Source: Salisapilia sapeloensis CBS 127946 (taxonomy: Eukaryota; Protista; Oomycota). Taken from it: a DNA stretch of 64,000 nucleotides. Below are positions 63,844-64,000 of this stretch, one piece after another. The notes under the pieces are model-generated. The model was given only the letters and a program-made list of their open reading frames with translations. It searched no databases and was not told where the DNA came from. The stretch lies in the NCBI GenBank assembly GCA_023334545.1, contig JAADVB010000083.1, positions 3,433 to 67,432 of the forward strand, written 5' to 3'. The translations under genes and the position numbers were made by a program. The first letter of the stretch is position 1. Each line of letters starts with the position of its first letter.

Positions 63844-64000
63844 GCCGAAGCGGTGTCCTGAAATACATCTTACATGCCTGTCGCGTGTTGTCTGTTCCGT
63901 TCGTTTCTAGGTTGTACTTAGGTATTTAGCTAGATTGCACCGTCAGGCTGTTACTGGCCGACTCGCGACTCGTGCCTGCGAGCGTATCCGACGCTGCCAA

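Overview
Eukaryotic, very gene-dense window (about 28 protein-coding genes in 64 kb, many 45-80 nt GT-AG introns, intergenic gaps often under 50 bp). It is most consistent with a flagellated oomycete-like stramenopile, based on INR/FPR-type core promoter motifs (TCATTTTCCAAT) and an inner-arm axonemal dynein; the taxon is inferred, not proven. Recognisable genes: ankyrin-repeat protein, GH18 di-N-acetylchitobiase, HIRA, PH-domain protein, KIAA1841/SANBR-like BTB protein, Hsp33, VPS4, GMP synthase, AcpS-type PPTase, class II HMG-CoA reductase, HECT-like protein, HNH-like protein, cyclic-nucleotide-binding protein, GWT1/PIG-W, RWD protein, BTB-BACK protein, AP-3 sigma, importin-13/transportin-SR-like karyopherin, NSUN5, Vps39-like protein and a ~4700 aa DNAH10-type dynein heavy chain. 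No rRNA, tRNA, CRISPR array or clear transposon was seen. Most interesting: a membrane-flanked HNH nuclease of bacterial Rhs-toxin type; a giant HECT-like protein whose catalytic Cys appears replaced by Ile; a class II HMGR with a long C-terminal helical extension resembling a degenerate isoprenoid/terpene synthase; a bromo-like + AP2-like + RAMA-like protein; a cNMP sensor with a possible giant-virus DUF5832-like tail; and small secreted Tyr-rich and His-rich proteins. Exon boundaries were assembled by eye and domain calls come from motif recognition, not database searches.
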